Shown here piece by piece: positions 52,634 through 64,000 of a stretch of 64,000 nt of DNA. Numbering within the stretch: the stretch's first letter is position 1; every line of letters begins with the position of its first letter. The position numbers and the translations under genes are program-made. A model generated the notes under the pieces. It worked only from the letters and a program-made list of their open reading frames with translations, did not search any database and had not been told where the DNA came from. The DNA is from the human T2T-CHM13v2.0 reference genome, Homo sapiens: the NCBI RefSeq assembly GCF_009914755.1, contig NC_060928.1, one strand, 5' to 3'.

Positions 52634-55028
52634 CATGAGGGTTTGGTGTACAGATTATTTTATCACCCAGGTAATAAGCACAGTATCTGATAGATAGTTT
52701 TTCCAATCCTCACCTTCCTCCAACCTCCACCCTCAAGTAGACCCTGGTGTCTATTTTTCCGTTCTTTGTGTTCATGTGTACTCAATGTTTAGCTCCCACA
52801 TATAAGTGAAAACATACGGTATTTGGTTTTCTATTCCTGTGTTAGTTCACTTAGGATGATGGCCCCCAGCTGCATCCAGGTTGCTGCAAGGACATGATTT
52901 CATTCTTTTTATGGCTGTGTAGTATTCCTATGGGCATCTAGGTTGATTCCATGCCTTCACCATTGTGAATGGTGGTGCATTGAACATACATGTGCATGTG
53001 TCTTTATGGTAGAATGATTTCTATTCCTTTGGGTGTATAGCCAATAATGGGGTTGTTGACCTGAATGGTGGTCCTAAGTTCTTTCAGAAATTTCCAAACT
53101 ACTTTCCACAGTGGCTGAACTAATTTACATTCCCACCAGCAGTGTGTAAATGTTCCCTTTCCTTTATAGCCTCATCAGCATCTGTTATTTTTTTACTTTT
53201 TAAAAATAGCCATTCTAACTGGTGTGAGATGGTATCTCACTGTGGTTTTGATTTGCATTTCTCCAATGATTAGTGATGTTGAGCATTTTTTTCATATGCT
53301 TGTTGGCCACATGTATGTCTTCTTTTGAAAAGTGAGTGTCTATGTCTTTCCCCACTTTATAATGGTGTCATTTGTTCTTTGCATGTGAATTTGGTGTATA
53401 AATGATATTTATTAATTTTTTCAAAAAATCAACTTGTAAGTTCCTTCTGGATCCTAGATATTAGATCTTTGTTTAATAAATAGTTTGCAAATAATTTCTC
53501 CCATTCTGTTCTATTTACTCTTTTGATGTTTCTTTTGCTGTGCAGAAACTCTCTAGTTTAATTAGGTCCCATTTCTCGATTTTCATTTGTGTTGCAATTG
53601 CTTTTGGCATCTTCATCATGAACTCTTTTCCAAGGCTTATGTCCAGAATGGTATTTTCTAGGTTTTCTTCTTGGACTTTTTATGATTTTAGGTTTTACAT
53701 TTAGGTCACTATGCACCTTGAGTTATTTTTTTATATGGTAAAAGAAAAGGGTCAAATTTCAATCTTGGGCCTATGGCTAGCCAGTTATCCCCGTATCATT
53801 TATTGAATAGAGAATTCTTTTCCCATTGATTGTTTTTGTCAACTTTGTCAAAGATCAGGTGGTTGTAGGTGAGTTGCTTTGTTCTTGGGTTCTCTATTCT
53901 GTTCCATTGGTCTATATGTCTGTTTTTGTACCATTGCCATGCTGTTTTAGTTACTGTAGCTTTATAGTATAGTTTAAAGTTAGGTAATGTGATGCCTCTA
54001 GTTTATTTCTTTTTGATTAAGATTGCTTTGGCTATTTGGGATTTTTCTCTTTTTTTTGGTTTTATATGAATTTTGGAATAGTTTTTTTCTAATTCTGTGA
54101 AAAATGTCATTGTTTGTTTGATAGGAATAGCACTGAATTGGTAGATTGCTTTGGGCCTTGAGGCCATTTTAATAATACTGATTTAGCATGGAATATTTTT
54201 CCATTTGTTTGTGTTGTCTCTGATTTCTTTCAGCAGTGTTTTGTAATTCTTGCTGTAGAAATCTTTCAACTCCCTGCTTAGATGTATTCCTACATATTTT
54301 ATTTTTTGTAGCTAGTATAGATGAGATTGCATTCTTAATTTGGCTCTCAGCTTGGATGTTGTTGGTGTATAGAAATGCTACTAATTTTTGTATATTAATT
54401 TTGTATCCTGAAACTCTGCTGAAGTTTCAGATCAGGAAGTTTATCAGATCAAGGAGCTTTTGTGCAGAGACTCTGGAGTTTCCTAGGTATGAAATTAAAT
54501 CATCTGCAAACAAATAGTTTGACTTGCTGTCTTCCTATTTTGTTGCCTTTTTATTTCTTTCTCTTGCCTGATTGCTCGGGCTAGAACTTCTAGTACTATT
54601 ATTCATGTTGAATAGGAGTAGTGAGAGTGGGCATCCTTGTCTTGTTCCAGTTCTCATAGGGAATATTTCTAGATTTTGCCCATTCATTATGATGTTAACT
54701 GTAGGTTTGTCATAGATGGCTCTTATTATTCTGAAGCAAATTTCTTCAATGCCTACTTTGTTGAGAATTTTAGACATGTAGTATGTTGAATTTTATCAAA
54801 AGCCTTTTCTGCATCTATTGAGATAATCATGTGGTTTTGGTTTTAGTTTTGTTTATGAGATGAATCACATTTATTGATTTGCATATGTAGAACCGAACTT
54901 GCATCCCAGGGATAAAACCTACTTGATCATGGCGCAGAAGCCTTTTGATGTGCTGCCAGATTCAGTTTGCCAGTGTTTTATTGAGGATTTTTGCCTGGAT
55001 GTTCATCAAGGATATTGGCCTGAAGTTT

Positions 55029-55098
<70 letters not shown>

Positions 55099-57175
55099 TG
55101 CCAGGTTTTGGTATCAGGATATGATGCTGGCCTCATGGAATAAGTTAAGGAGGTGTTCCTCCTCTTCAAATTTTTTGGAATAATTTCAGTAGGAATTATA
55201 CCAGCTCTTCTTTGTACACCTGGTAGAATTTGTCTATGAATCCGTCTGGTCCTGGATTTTTTTTTTGGTTGTAGAATATTTATTATTGATTCAATTTTGC
55301 AGCTTGTTATTGGTCTGTTCAGGGATTCAATTTTTTTCCTGGCTCAATCTTGGGAGGGTGAATGTGTCCAGGAATTTATCAATTTATTCTAGATTTTATG
55401 GTTTGTGTGCATAGAGGTATTCATAATATTCTCTTATGGTTAGTTGTATTTCTTTGAGGTCAGTGGTAATGTCCCCTTCGTCATTTCTAATTGTGTTTAT
55501 TTGGATCTTTTCTCTTTCCTTCTTCATTAGTCTATCTAGCAGTCTATTCTATTAATTTTTTCAAAAAACCAACTTCTGAGTTCATTGATTTTTTGTGTGG
55601 TTTTTCATGTCTTAATCTCCAGTTCAGCTCTGATTTTGATTATTTCTTGTCTTCTGCTAGCTTTGGAGTTGGTCTGCTGTTGTTTATCTAGGTCCTCTAG
55701 GAACACCTAGAGTGTGATGTTAGGTTGTTAAATTGGGATCTTTCTAACTTTTTGATATGGGCACTTAGTGCTATAAACTTTTCTCTTAACACTGCTTACC
55801 TGTGACCTAGAGATTCTGGTATGTTGTATCTTAGTTTTAATTAGTTTCAAATAATTTCTGCCTTAATTGCATTATTTACCCAAAAGTCATTAGGAGCAGG
55901 TTACTTAATTTCCATACAATTGTATAATTTTGAGTGACCTTCTTGGTATTTGTTTCTATTTTTATTGTTCTGTGGCTTGAGAGTGTGCTTGGTATGATTT
56001 TGATTTTATTGAACTGTTGGGAATTGCTTTATGGCTGAGCATATGGTCAATTTTAGATTATGTATATGCAGGTGATTAGACTGTATATTCTGTTGTTGTT
56101 GAGTGAAGTGTTCTTTAGATGTCTGTCAGGTCCATTTGGTCAAGTGTTGAGTTTATGTCCTGAATATCTTTGTTAATATTCTGCATTGATGATCTGTCTA
56201 ATACTGTCAATGAGGTGGTGAAGTCTCCCACTATTATTGTGTGGGAGTCTAAGGCTTTTTATAGGTCTCTAAGAACTTGTTTTATGAATCTGGATGTTCC
56301 TGTGTTGTGTGCATATATATGTAGGATAGTTGGGTATTCTTGTTGAATTAAACCCTTTACAATTATGTAATGGCCTTGTCTTTTTGGATCATTGTTCATT
56401 TAAAGTCTGTTTTGTCTGAAATTAGAATAGCAATCCCTGCTTCTTTCTGTTTTTCATTTGCTTGGTAGATTTTTCTCCATCCCTTTACTTTGAGCCTATG
56501 GATGTCATTCCATGAGCTAGGACTATTGAAAACAGCATATCATTGCATCTCGTTTTTTTATCCATATTGCCACTCTGTGCCTATTAAGTGGGGCATTTAG
56601 CATGTTTACATTCAAGATTAATATTGATATGTGCAGATTTGATCTTGTCATTATGATGTTAGCTGGTTATAATGCAGACTTGATTGCGTAGGTGCTTTAT
56701 AGTATCAGTGGTCTATGTACTTAAGTGTGTTTTGTGGTGGCAAGTAATGGTCTTTCATTTCCACAGTTAGCATTACCTTAAGGACCTCTCATAAGAAAGT
56801 AATGAATACTCTTACTATTTGCTTATCTGGAAAGGGATAGTTTTTCTCCTTTGCTTAGGAAGCTTAGTTTGGCTGGATATGAAATTCTTGGTTTCAGTTT
56901 CTTCTCTTTAAGAATGCTGAATATAGGCTCTCAATCTCTTCTGGCTTGTAGGGTTCTGCCAAAAGGTCCACTGTTCACCTGTTGGAGTTTTCTTTGTAGG
57001 TAATCTGCCTCTTCTCTCTAGTTATCTTTGAAATTTTTTCTTTCATGTTGACCTTGAGGAATCTGATGACTATGTATCCTGAGGCTGGTCATCTGCTACA
57101 GTATCTCACAGGGGTTCTCTGCATTTCCTGAATTTGAATATTAGCCTCTCTAGTGAGTTTGGGGAAATTTTCATG
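52634..57175 (-). mobile_element. L1PA13-16/PREC2-age element, 4.5 kb, 5'-truncated in ORF1 and lacking the 3' terminus and poly(A)
   Basis: Continuous antisense L1 3'UTR, ORF2 (RAIYDKPT; [11 protein letters not shown]) and ORF1; flanked by taatc(cc/ag)tctactct. Confidence 0.93.
55029..55097. repeat. Compound microsatellite (TC)11(TG)23 inside L1 ORF2
   Basis: Counted directly from the sequence. Confidence 0.95.
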
Positions 57176-57339
57176 TAATCAGTCTACTCTTATCTCATGA
57201 AGGCGTTTTGCCATCTTTTATTCCCTGTGAAGTTTTCAAGGGTATATATCAAGAAGATGGAGATTCTGATTGTTTACACATAATGCAGACAATTGTAGTT
57301 CATATTAATGCCTCATGATTTATAAGGCACAGGAAGTTA

Positions 57340-57585
57340 AATGTAAAGTGCATGTATTTAGGTCCCAGACCAACAGGATTTTAAACCTTGACTTCTTCTA
57401 TTTATCAACAGAGCTATTTTGGTAAAATTGCATAATCCCATTGTCTCAGTCTCGTCATCTATTTTTTGAAAAAGTAGGAGGAAGATAAAGCATAAAGGTA
57501 TAGGATAAATCATAAAGGATAAGGATCCAGAATGTATGTAAAATGCCTGGCTAATAATAGTCTCTCATGAATGATGGTGATGTTA
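57340..57585 (+). mobile_element. MIR
   Basis: cccagaccaacaggattttaaacc...tgtctcagtctcgtcatcta...aatgtatgtaaaatgcctggc. Confidence 0.6.
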
Positions 57586-57859
57586 TGGGAAGATAGCAGG
57601 AAGAATTTTTAAAGTTGGGGGTGGGGTATCCAAAATGTTTAACTTCTTTGGGCTTCAGTTTCTTGACCAGTAAGTTGAAAACAAATCAAATGTACAGTGT
57701 TGTCAAAATAGATATTATGTCAAATATGAATCGGTATTATGATGCAGATGATCTGATAAAGAAGGACCTAGGAAAAGATGGATTTATGTCACATACACAA
57801 AGAATAGAAGAAATACAGGTATAGTCTTGGAGCACATTAAAGCCAGGACACTAGGCAAC

Positions 57860-58093
57860 AGAATAACATGAAAGACATGGGGAGATAGTGTCACTAGTTA
57901 CAGCAGCAGAGCAAAAGTTCTCCAGATGTTTCCTCACAAACCTACTCTTGAGTCACACTGGGCAGAATTAAGTCACGTGGTCATCCTTCCCTGGAAAGGA
58001 ACTTCCAGGGAAATGGGTGTTCTCATTTTTTCAGCCCTATGAGAGATGACTTGGAATGGCTGTTGGGTAGCCAATCAGAAGAGTCTTGCACAA
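57860..58093 (-). mobile_element. MLT1K/L-type old MaLR LTR fragment
   Basis: gtcacactgggcagaattaagtcacgtggtcatcc...gaatggctgttgggtagccaatcagaagagtcttgcaca. Confidence 0.65.
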
Positions 58094-58479
58094 TTATACA
58101 GGAGACATGTAATGTAAAAATTCTCCTAAAATTTATTTTTCCTTCTTTTTTTGTTTTCCCCTTAGTTGAGGATATACTTATCCTAAAATGTTGGTTGTTA
58201 TTAAGGCCTAAACAAATGCAAAAGAGAATTCCTGATCTACTTCAGTGCTTTCAAATATTGTTAAGCTTCAGCATATTTTGTTTTGCTTAAATATTGCAAT
58301 GAAGCCCAACATGTAAAATGAAAAAAGAACAGAGCCTCTCTAGAAGAAGGTTTGGGGGCCCCAGAGCCCTGGCCTATTTATTCTATTAATATTTGGCCTC
58401 CTGCTGTCTAACATTACCCCTCTCCCTGCAGTCACTGAATGTGCTCCAACCCTACCTAGAATACAGTCCTTATGATAGT

Positions 58480-59015
58480 CCACATTCATTCAGCTTCCAC
58501 ATGTACCAGGCATTGTGCTAGACACTGGAATCAACTTAAAAGGTAGATAAGGCCTCAGCCTTTATAGGGCTTATTTCCCAGGATAAGAGATAGACATATA
58601 GATGCTGGGGGAAGGGAGGATAATAAGTAAAATGAAAGTTGAATTTTAAAATGTCCAAGACAGATAATTTCTGTAGGAAAAAGAACTAAGGAGTACAGAT
58701 AAAGCATAACTGGAAGGCTGCTGGCTTGGACACAGTGATCACAGAAGGGCTTTCTAAGGCAGAGACTTGGAGAAGAAGGACCTAGGCCTGTGAAGAGTAA
58801 GGGAGAGGGAGGTCTTATCGGAAAGAACTGCAAGTTCAAATACTAGGAAGCAAGGGCTGCTAGATGTGTTTGAGAGCAAGTGCTAGGACCTATAAAGCCT
58901 TGAAAACCATAGGCAGAGACTGGGACTTTATTCGAGATGTCATAGAAAGCCTCAGAAGATAATTTTGAAGGGAAGCATAAGACATGATCTAATTTACATT
59001 TAAAGAAGATCATAG
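58480..59015 (-). mobile_element. L2 3' region
   Basis: cattcattca...atgtaccaggcattgtgctagacactgg...gacatgatctaatttacatttaaagaagatc. Confidence 0.75.
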
Positions 59016-59513
59016 AAATATTTAAAAAAGGAAAAACCTATGATTAATATTTCAGCAAAATGTGTTTTTTGGAATTTATAAATATTATGCCACATCGTTA
59101 TAGTTGAAAAACATCTTTAAAGTCAAAAATACCATATTTTTTGAATACTTAAACATTATGCTGAAAATGACATAATGTAGCCCTAGCTATAAACTTCATC
59201 TTGGCTCTGTTTTTCCTTCCTCTGCTATTTACTTTGAATAGCAACTTTTCTCTCTTACTGAAAAACTGGGATCAAGCCTGAAACCCCTTTGTCTCTGCAG
59301 CAAGTGTATCAGAGTTTATTTTCAACTAAGCTGGCTTCTTGCTAAAGGCATTTTGTTCTAGCTACAAAGAAAAGATTTCTTCCAAGTATTACCCTTTGAT
59401 TAGATTTGAACTAAAAATGAATTATATTCATTTATAGTCTTATACTGGGGAAACCTAGATGGCCTATCTCTTCTAAGATCACTGAATCCACTGAATCTCT
59501 CTCCCCTCCCACA

Positions 59514-59618
59514 GCTGTCTTTCTCTGTCTTTCTCTCACTCTGTCTTTATCTATCTATCTATCTATCATCTATCTGTCATTCTGTCTATCATCTATCTAT
59601 CTCTATCCCTCTCTCTCA
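59514..59618. repeat. Degenerate (TCTA)/(TC) low-complexity tract
   Basis: ctgtctttctctgtc...tatctatctatctatctatc. Confidence 0.8.
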
Positions 59619-62600
59619 ATCGCTCTTGTGTTCTGTTTATGTAATAGAGTGATAGGTAGATAACAGAGGCTGTCAATAAAATGGCCTATAGAAAAAAATT
59701 GTCTCTCTATTTCACAGAAAAACTAATTATTTTTTGATTTCTTGAAGAAATAGCTGTTGAGGATCCAAACGTGCATCTGCAAAGCTGAACTAAGGCCACT
59801 AATTCATCAGAGCAGCTTACAGATTCACCAGTCAATTCTAACAATTTATATTTTTATTCTTTTTCCTATGTTTAGTAATTGTTCTATATAAGTTTAATAC
59901 AGAAAAGGGACATGAATTTTTTTCAAATTGAAGTATTGCAGAAGAAAAGTGTTTTTCACAATGATATAAGTATCTTGTATTGGGTAGTTTTATGTGTATA
60001 AGCATCTTCAGATATTAGAAAGGATAATTTGATGATAACTTATTCTGAAGAGATTTTCATCAAACTACTTTGTAAGAAATGCAGAGGCATTTTTGATTGT
60101 TGAATCTGTAGACAGGTGCGTAAAATCCTTATCGTTGTAACAGCAGCCCTGCTGACCAGATTGGCTGTTATTCTTAAAAGATGAGGGAAGCACTTACAGC
60201 ATCGTAAGCCTAATAAGGTGGGTGTTGTGAATCAATTTGTACTGTCCTTGACTTTCTGCTTATATTAGAATTCTAAAAGATCATTAGCCACCTCTGGGAT
60301 ATGTTTGATTAATGGGTTTGGTTAAACAAAAAAGGTGAGGTCAACCGTGAGCAGAAAGTTTAAAAAAAATGTATTCCAGAAGAAACGTGTGCTTCCCAAA
60401 TTGCAAATGAGAAGTTCATTCCTTAGGCATGTTCTAATCAATGAAACCATGTGTTCTACTAAGTTGACCTCAAAGGAGACTTTTAGCCACCCTGCTTATT
60501 TGCCTTTCAGTTACAGGAACGTGACTTCTGAGGCTAGGGTATTAGCACACCTGCTGAAACGGTGTTAATCTAGGTAATACAAAGTCCCCAAACACATGCT
60601 GTTAATAAGGCAGGTAGTTTTAAAAAAAAAAAAAAGACTAGTCTAATATCTCACAGTGAGAAAAAATTCTTCTCTGTCATTAGAGAGGGTGAAACATGCT
60701 CCTGTTCTTTTGACATTATATACCTCTTATTGTTTTTCCTTTTTATTAAAAATGAATCTCTTCTGCTGTTTTCAGCAGTGCATTTTTACTTCTGTATTAT
60801 AATAGCTCTCCTCTCAATGATTCCATGAAGACAGGCTGGGATAATACACCAAGGAAAAGATTTTGCTTTACTTGCCAAAATGAGACCATACTTTGTTTTT
60901 TCCTTAACCATTGCCCCCTTACTCCCTGGAGTTTATCACCCCACACAAATTAAGCTAATTTTATAAACTGAAAATGCTCTTTCTATTAAGTTCTCCTCAA
61001 AGTGAAAGCAATGAGCTTCATTCTGTTTATTACACTGCTCTTCACAATTAGTTTTATGATGTATGGCAAGAATGTGTATACTATAAATCGAGTCTATAAC
61101 TCTTACATATCTAGTGATAGTTATGAATCCATTGAGTAGAACTGAAAATACAGTATATAACAACTCAGTTTAATTTATAATCTAAATTGCAAAGCTATTT
61201 AGCCCCTTACATTCAAATTCATTTTTGCAGACCTTTTAATTAGATACAGTGATCTAAAATAATCTGGTCCCCAAAGGTAAGACAATCAATTTAGTAAGAT
61301 CAGACAATTTCTGATGCTTTAATACAACCACACAATACCACCAGCTAACACCTGACTCTCTTGCTTTTATTTCTTTTCTTTAAGTAAATGAAGTATTAAA
61401 ATGTTGTGATAATGCGAAAAGAGTTAATACATCAGAAACAGCTAAAAACATGAAATGCCTAAGTTTTTGGCTGAATATGGGTCAAACTTTAAATGTGAAA
61501 AGAGCTCTCTGCTACCATCCTCTGCCTGTAACTGATAACATATATTTCTGTCCCTTCATAAAGATCTGGAAACATGGCAAAGCCCCCATAAGAGAGAGCA
61601 CAATGGATCTCATTTGAAAAGTTAACATTTCAAAAATGAGATCTACTGTGCTCCACAGGCAGTTGAGAGAATGTTCTTTATTTAACCTCAATGCTCAATC
61701 GTCTATTGTAACCAAATAGCAGTTGTTTGGTTTTTTGTTTTTTATAACACCCCTTTTTTTGTCTTATTTGGTCCTAACTGACTTCTTCAGAATGTTGCTG
61801 AACATCTGCAGAGGGAGACATTTCTATAACATATGTATTTATGTTTGTCTAATTGGTACACATTTGTTTCATGATACTTTGGTATGAGAAAAATAATTTT
61901 TTTAAAATCAAATTATATTCAACTCCACTCCCAAGCAGCAAAGTTGGCAGAAAATCCATACTCTTTTTTTTTTTTTTTTTGCAAAGTTTTTTTTTCCTGT
62001 TGTTCTTGGGATTATATTAGATCTAGAGAATCACAGTGTAGAAAGAGTGGGAAAAGAAGGCTTGGTCTATTTGTTCTTGCCAGAACCTGAGTGTTCTATT
62101 TGCAGGTAAGCAGCTCTGAAATTATGACATCCATGTGCTCCAAGCCAAACATGATCTCCAAGGAAGCTTCTGTGAACAACCCAGGCTAAGGGTCTTGGGA
62201 TCCAGTTCTCCTGAAAACCAGGCACCACGTCCCTCAGTGGGCTGAATCTTCATGAGTTTCTTTTCATGAAGAAAAACACAGGTCTCCACCTTTCAAGGAA
62301 CCCACACACCCTGCCATAAAATCACTTTTACCTCAAGAAGAGCTATTCCCCTTTCCAAGAGTCTAGAATTTCAGTGGAGGGACCTCTTACCTTTATTCCC
62401 AGATAAAAAGTAATCTGGGTTTCCAGGTCTCAAAGCTCTTGGTTTTTTAGCAGAGGAGAAGGTAAAATGTTTCGCATTTTTTTTTTGTATGGTAATCCTA
62501 CAGCCAAAAATAGACACATTTTCTGGACGGCTTCTCCTGCATAAGTAGGTAGAAAGATAAGTAGTGTGTTTGTTTGTGTGTGTGCGTAATTATAAGGCAT

Positions 62601-62872
62601 TTTGGGTGTAGGATATATATAGCTGTACATTCTGTCCTTGATGAAAAGACAGAAAAATATGGTGCATATTTTTAAAAATGAGAAGTTCTTTTGTAATAAC
62701 AGCATCTCAGGAATGAGATAAACTAGCTATTGAGGATACTATCATGTGAGCTTTAAAGTCAGGCTGACTGCCTTATTATTCACCCTTAATTTCCTTTAGA
62801 CCCTATCTTGGGACCCAGAATATGAAAGACACTCAAAAAAAAAAAAAAAGAAGAAAAGAAAATGCATGTTAA

Positions 62873-63211
<339 letters not shown>

Positions 63212-64000
63212 TTAACTTTATTTAAATAAAACCTCCAAAGTGGGTGTAACCTTCAAAAGATAAATACAAAATACCAAATGGAGTGAATGATTTCATCTTT
63301 ACATAACCACCCCTTTGCTGCTATTATAATGTGACAATGTACATTGCCTGAATCAGTTGCTCCAACATGCACCTCTAGGATAAATTATTAATTCCTCCAT
63401 CTGGAACCCTGTCTTGCCTCTGTCCCTCCTTCTCCAAAAGATTCTCAAATATGGCATAAATGCACAAAGGAATGCAGTGGAAAATGCAAATTCTTTATTG
63501 TTATTTTATACCAAATTTCAATGTATTCTCTCAGTGAGTTAGGCAGCCTTTTTTCTGCTTTCCCTGTCACACTGGTGTAGTCGGCAAGAGTTACTAATAT
63601 AAGGATATGGTGATTAGCCCTGGCAGCAAAAGGGCTTGGTTTTGGGCAGCTTGTGCCCCTGGACTGGTCATATGGAGCTGAAAGCAATCTCCTTCATTAA
63701 CACTAAGTGCCCAGAAAATTGTGTCATTTTCTGCCATAATATGATAGGTAAAACATTGAGGATGCTGTTGGTAAAAGGCAATTCCACAGAAAACACTCCA
63801 AGAAACCAAGGCACAGAGTGCTTCCGTAAAAACATCATTATACTCCTCTCACTAATATTCTACTCCCTAGTAACACAGCCCAATGAATGCCCCAGACCCA
63901 ACTCATCTGCTTTCTTTGGTAATAAATTTAGTAAAGAGAGAAATTCTTCTGCACTTTATCTATGGGACAATGAAAATCATGGGAAATGGACCTTCCCAAA

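Overview
AT-rich, CpG-depleted primate genomic DNA, almost certainly human because it carries an AluYb8 with the diagnostic 7-bp duplication. It looks like a deep intron or intergenic region. I see no CpG island, recognisable protein-coding exon, RNA gene, CRISPR array or prokaryote-type system, and the ORF track is explained by Alu, L1, LTR and low-complexity sequence. A large part of the window is transposon relics: 13 Alus, several L1s (two with twin-priming inversion geometry, one 4.5-kb copy lacking its 3' end and poly(A)), MaLR and ERV1 solo LTRs, an ERVL internal fragment, DNA-transposon MITEs (MER53, MER5A/B, MER30, MER1A, MER2B-like, MADE1), and MIR/L2/L3 fossils, plus microsatellites. 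The most unusual signals are repair or retrotransposition scars: a 48-bp inverted copy of sequence 1.4 kb away pasted into the ERVL relic, a two-donor patchwork insertion inside an L1, and an apparently internally primed L1 with a TSD. Also noted are a MADE1 hairpin with a compensatory base change, candidate exons and motif clusters. Repeat subfamily calls come from remembered consensus features, not from a RepeatMasker run. Boundaries of old elements are approximate. I found no evidence for a new biological system.
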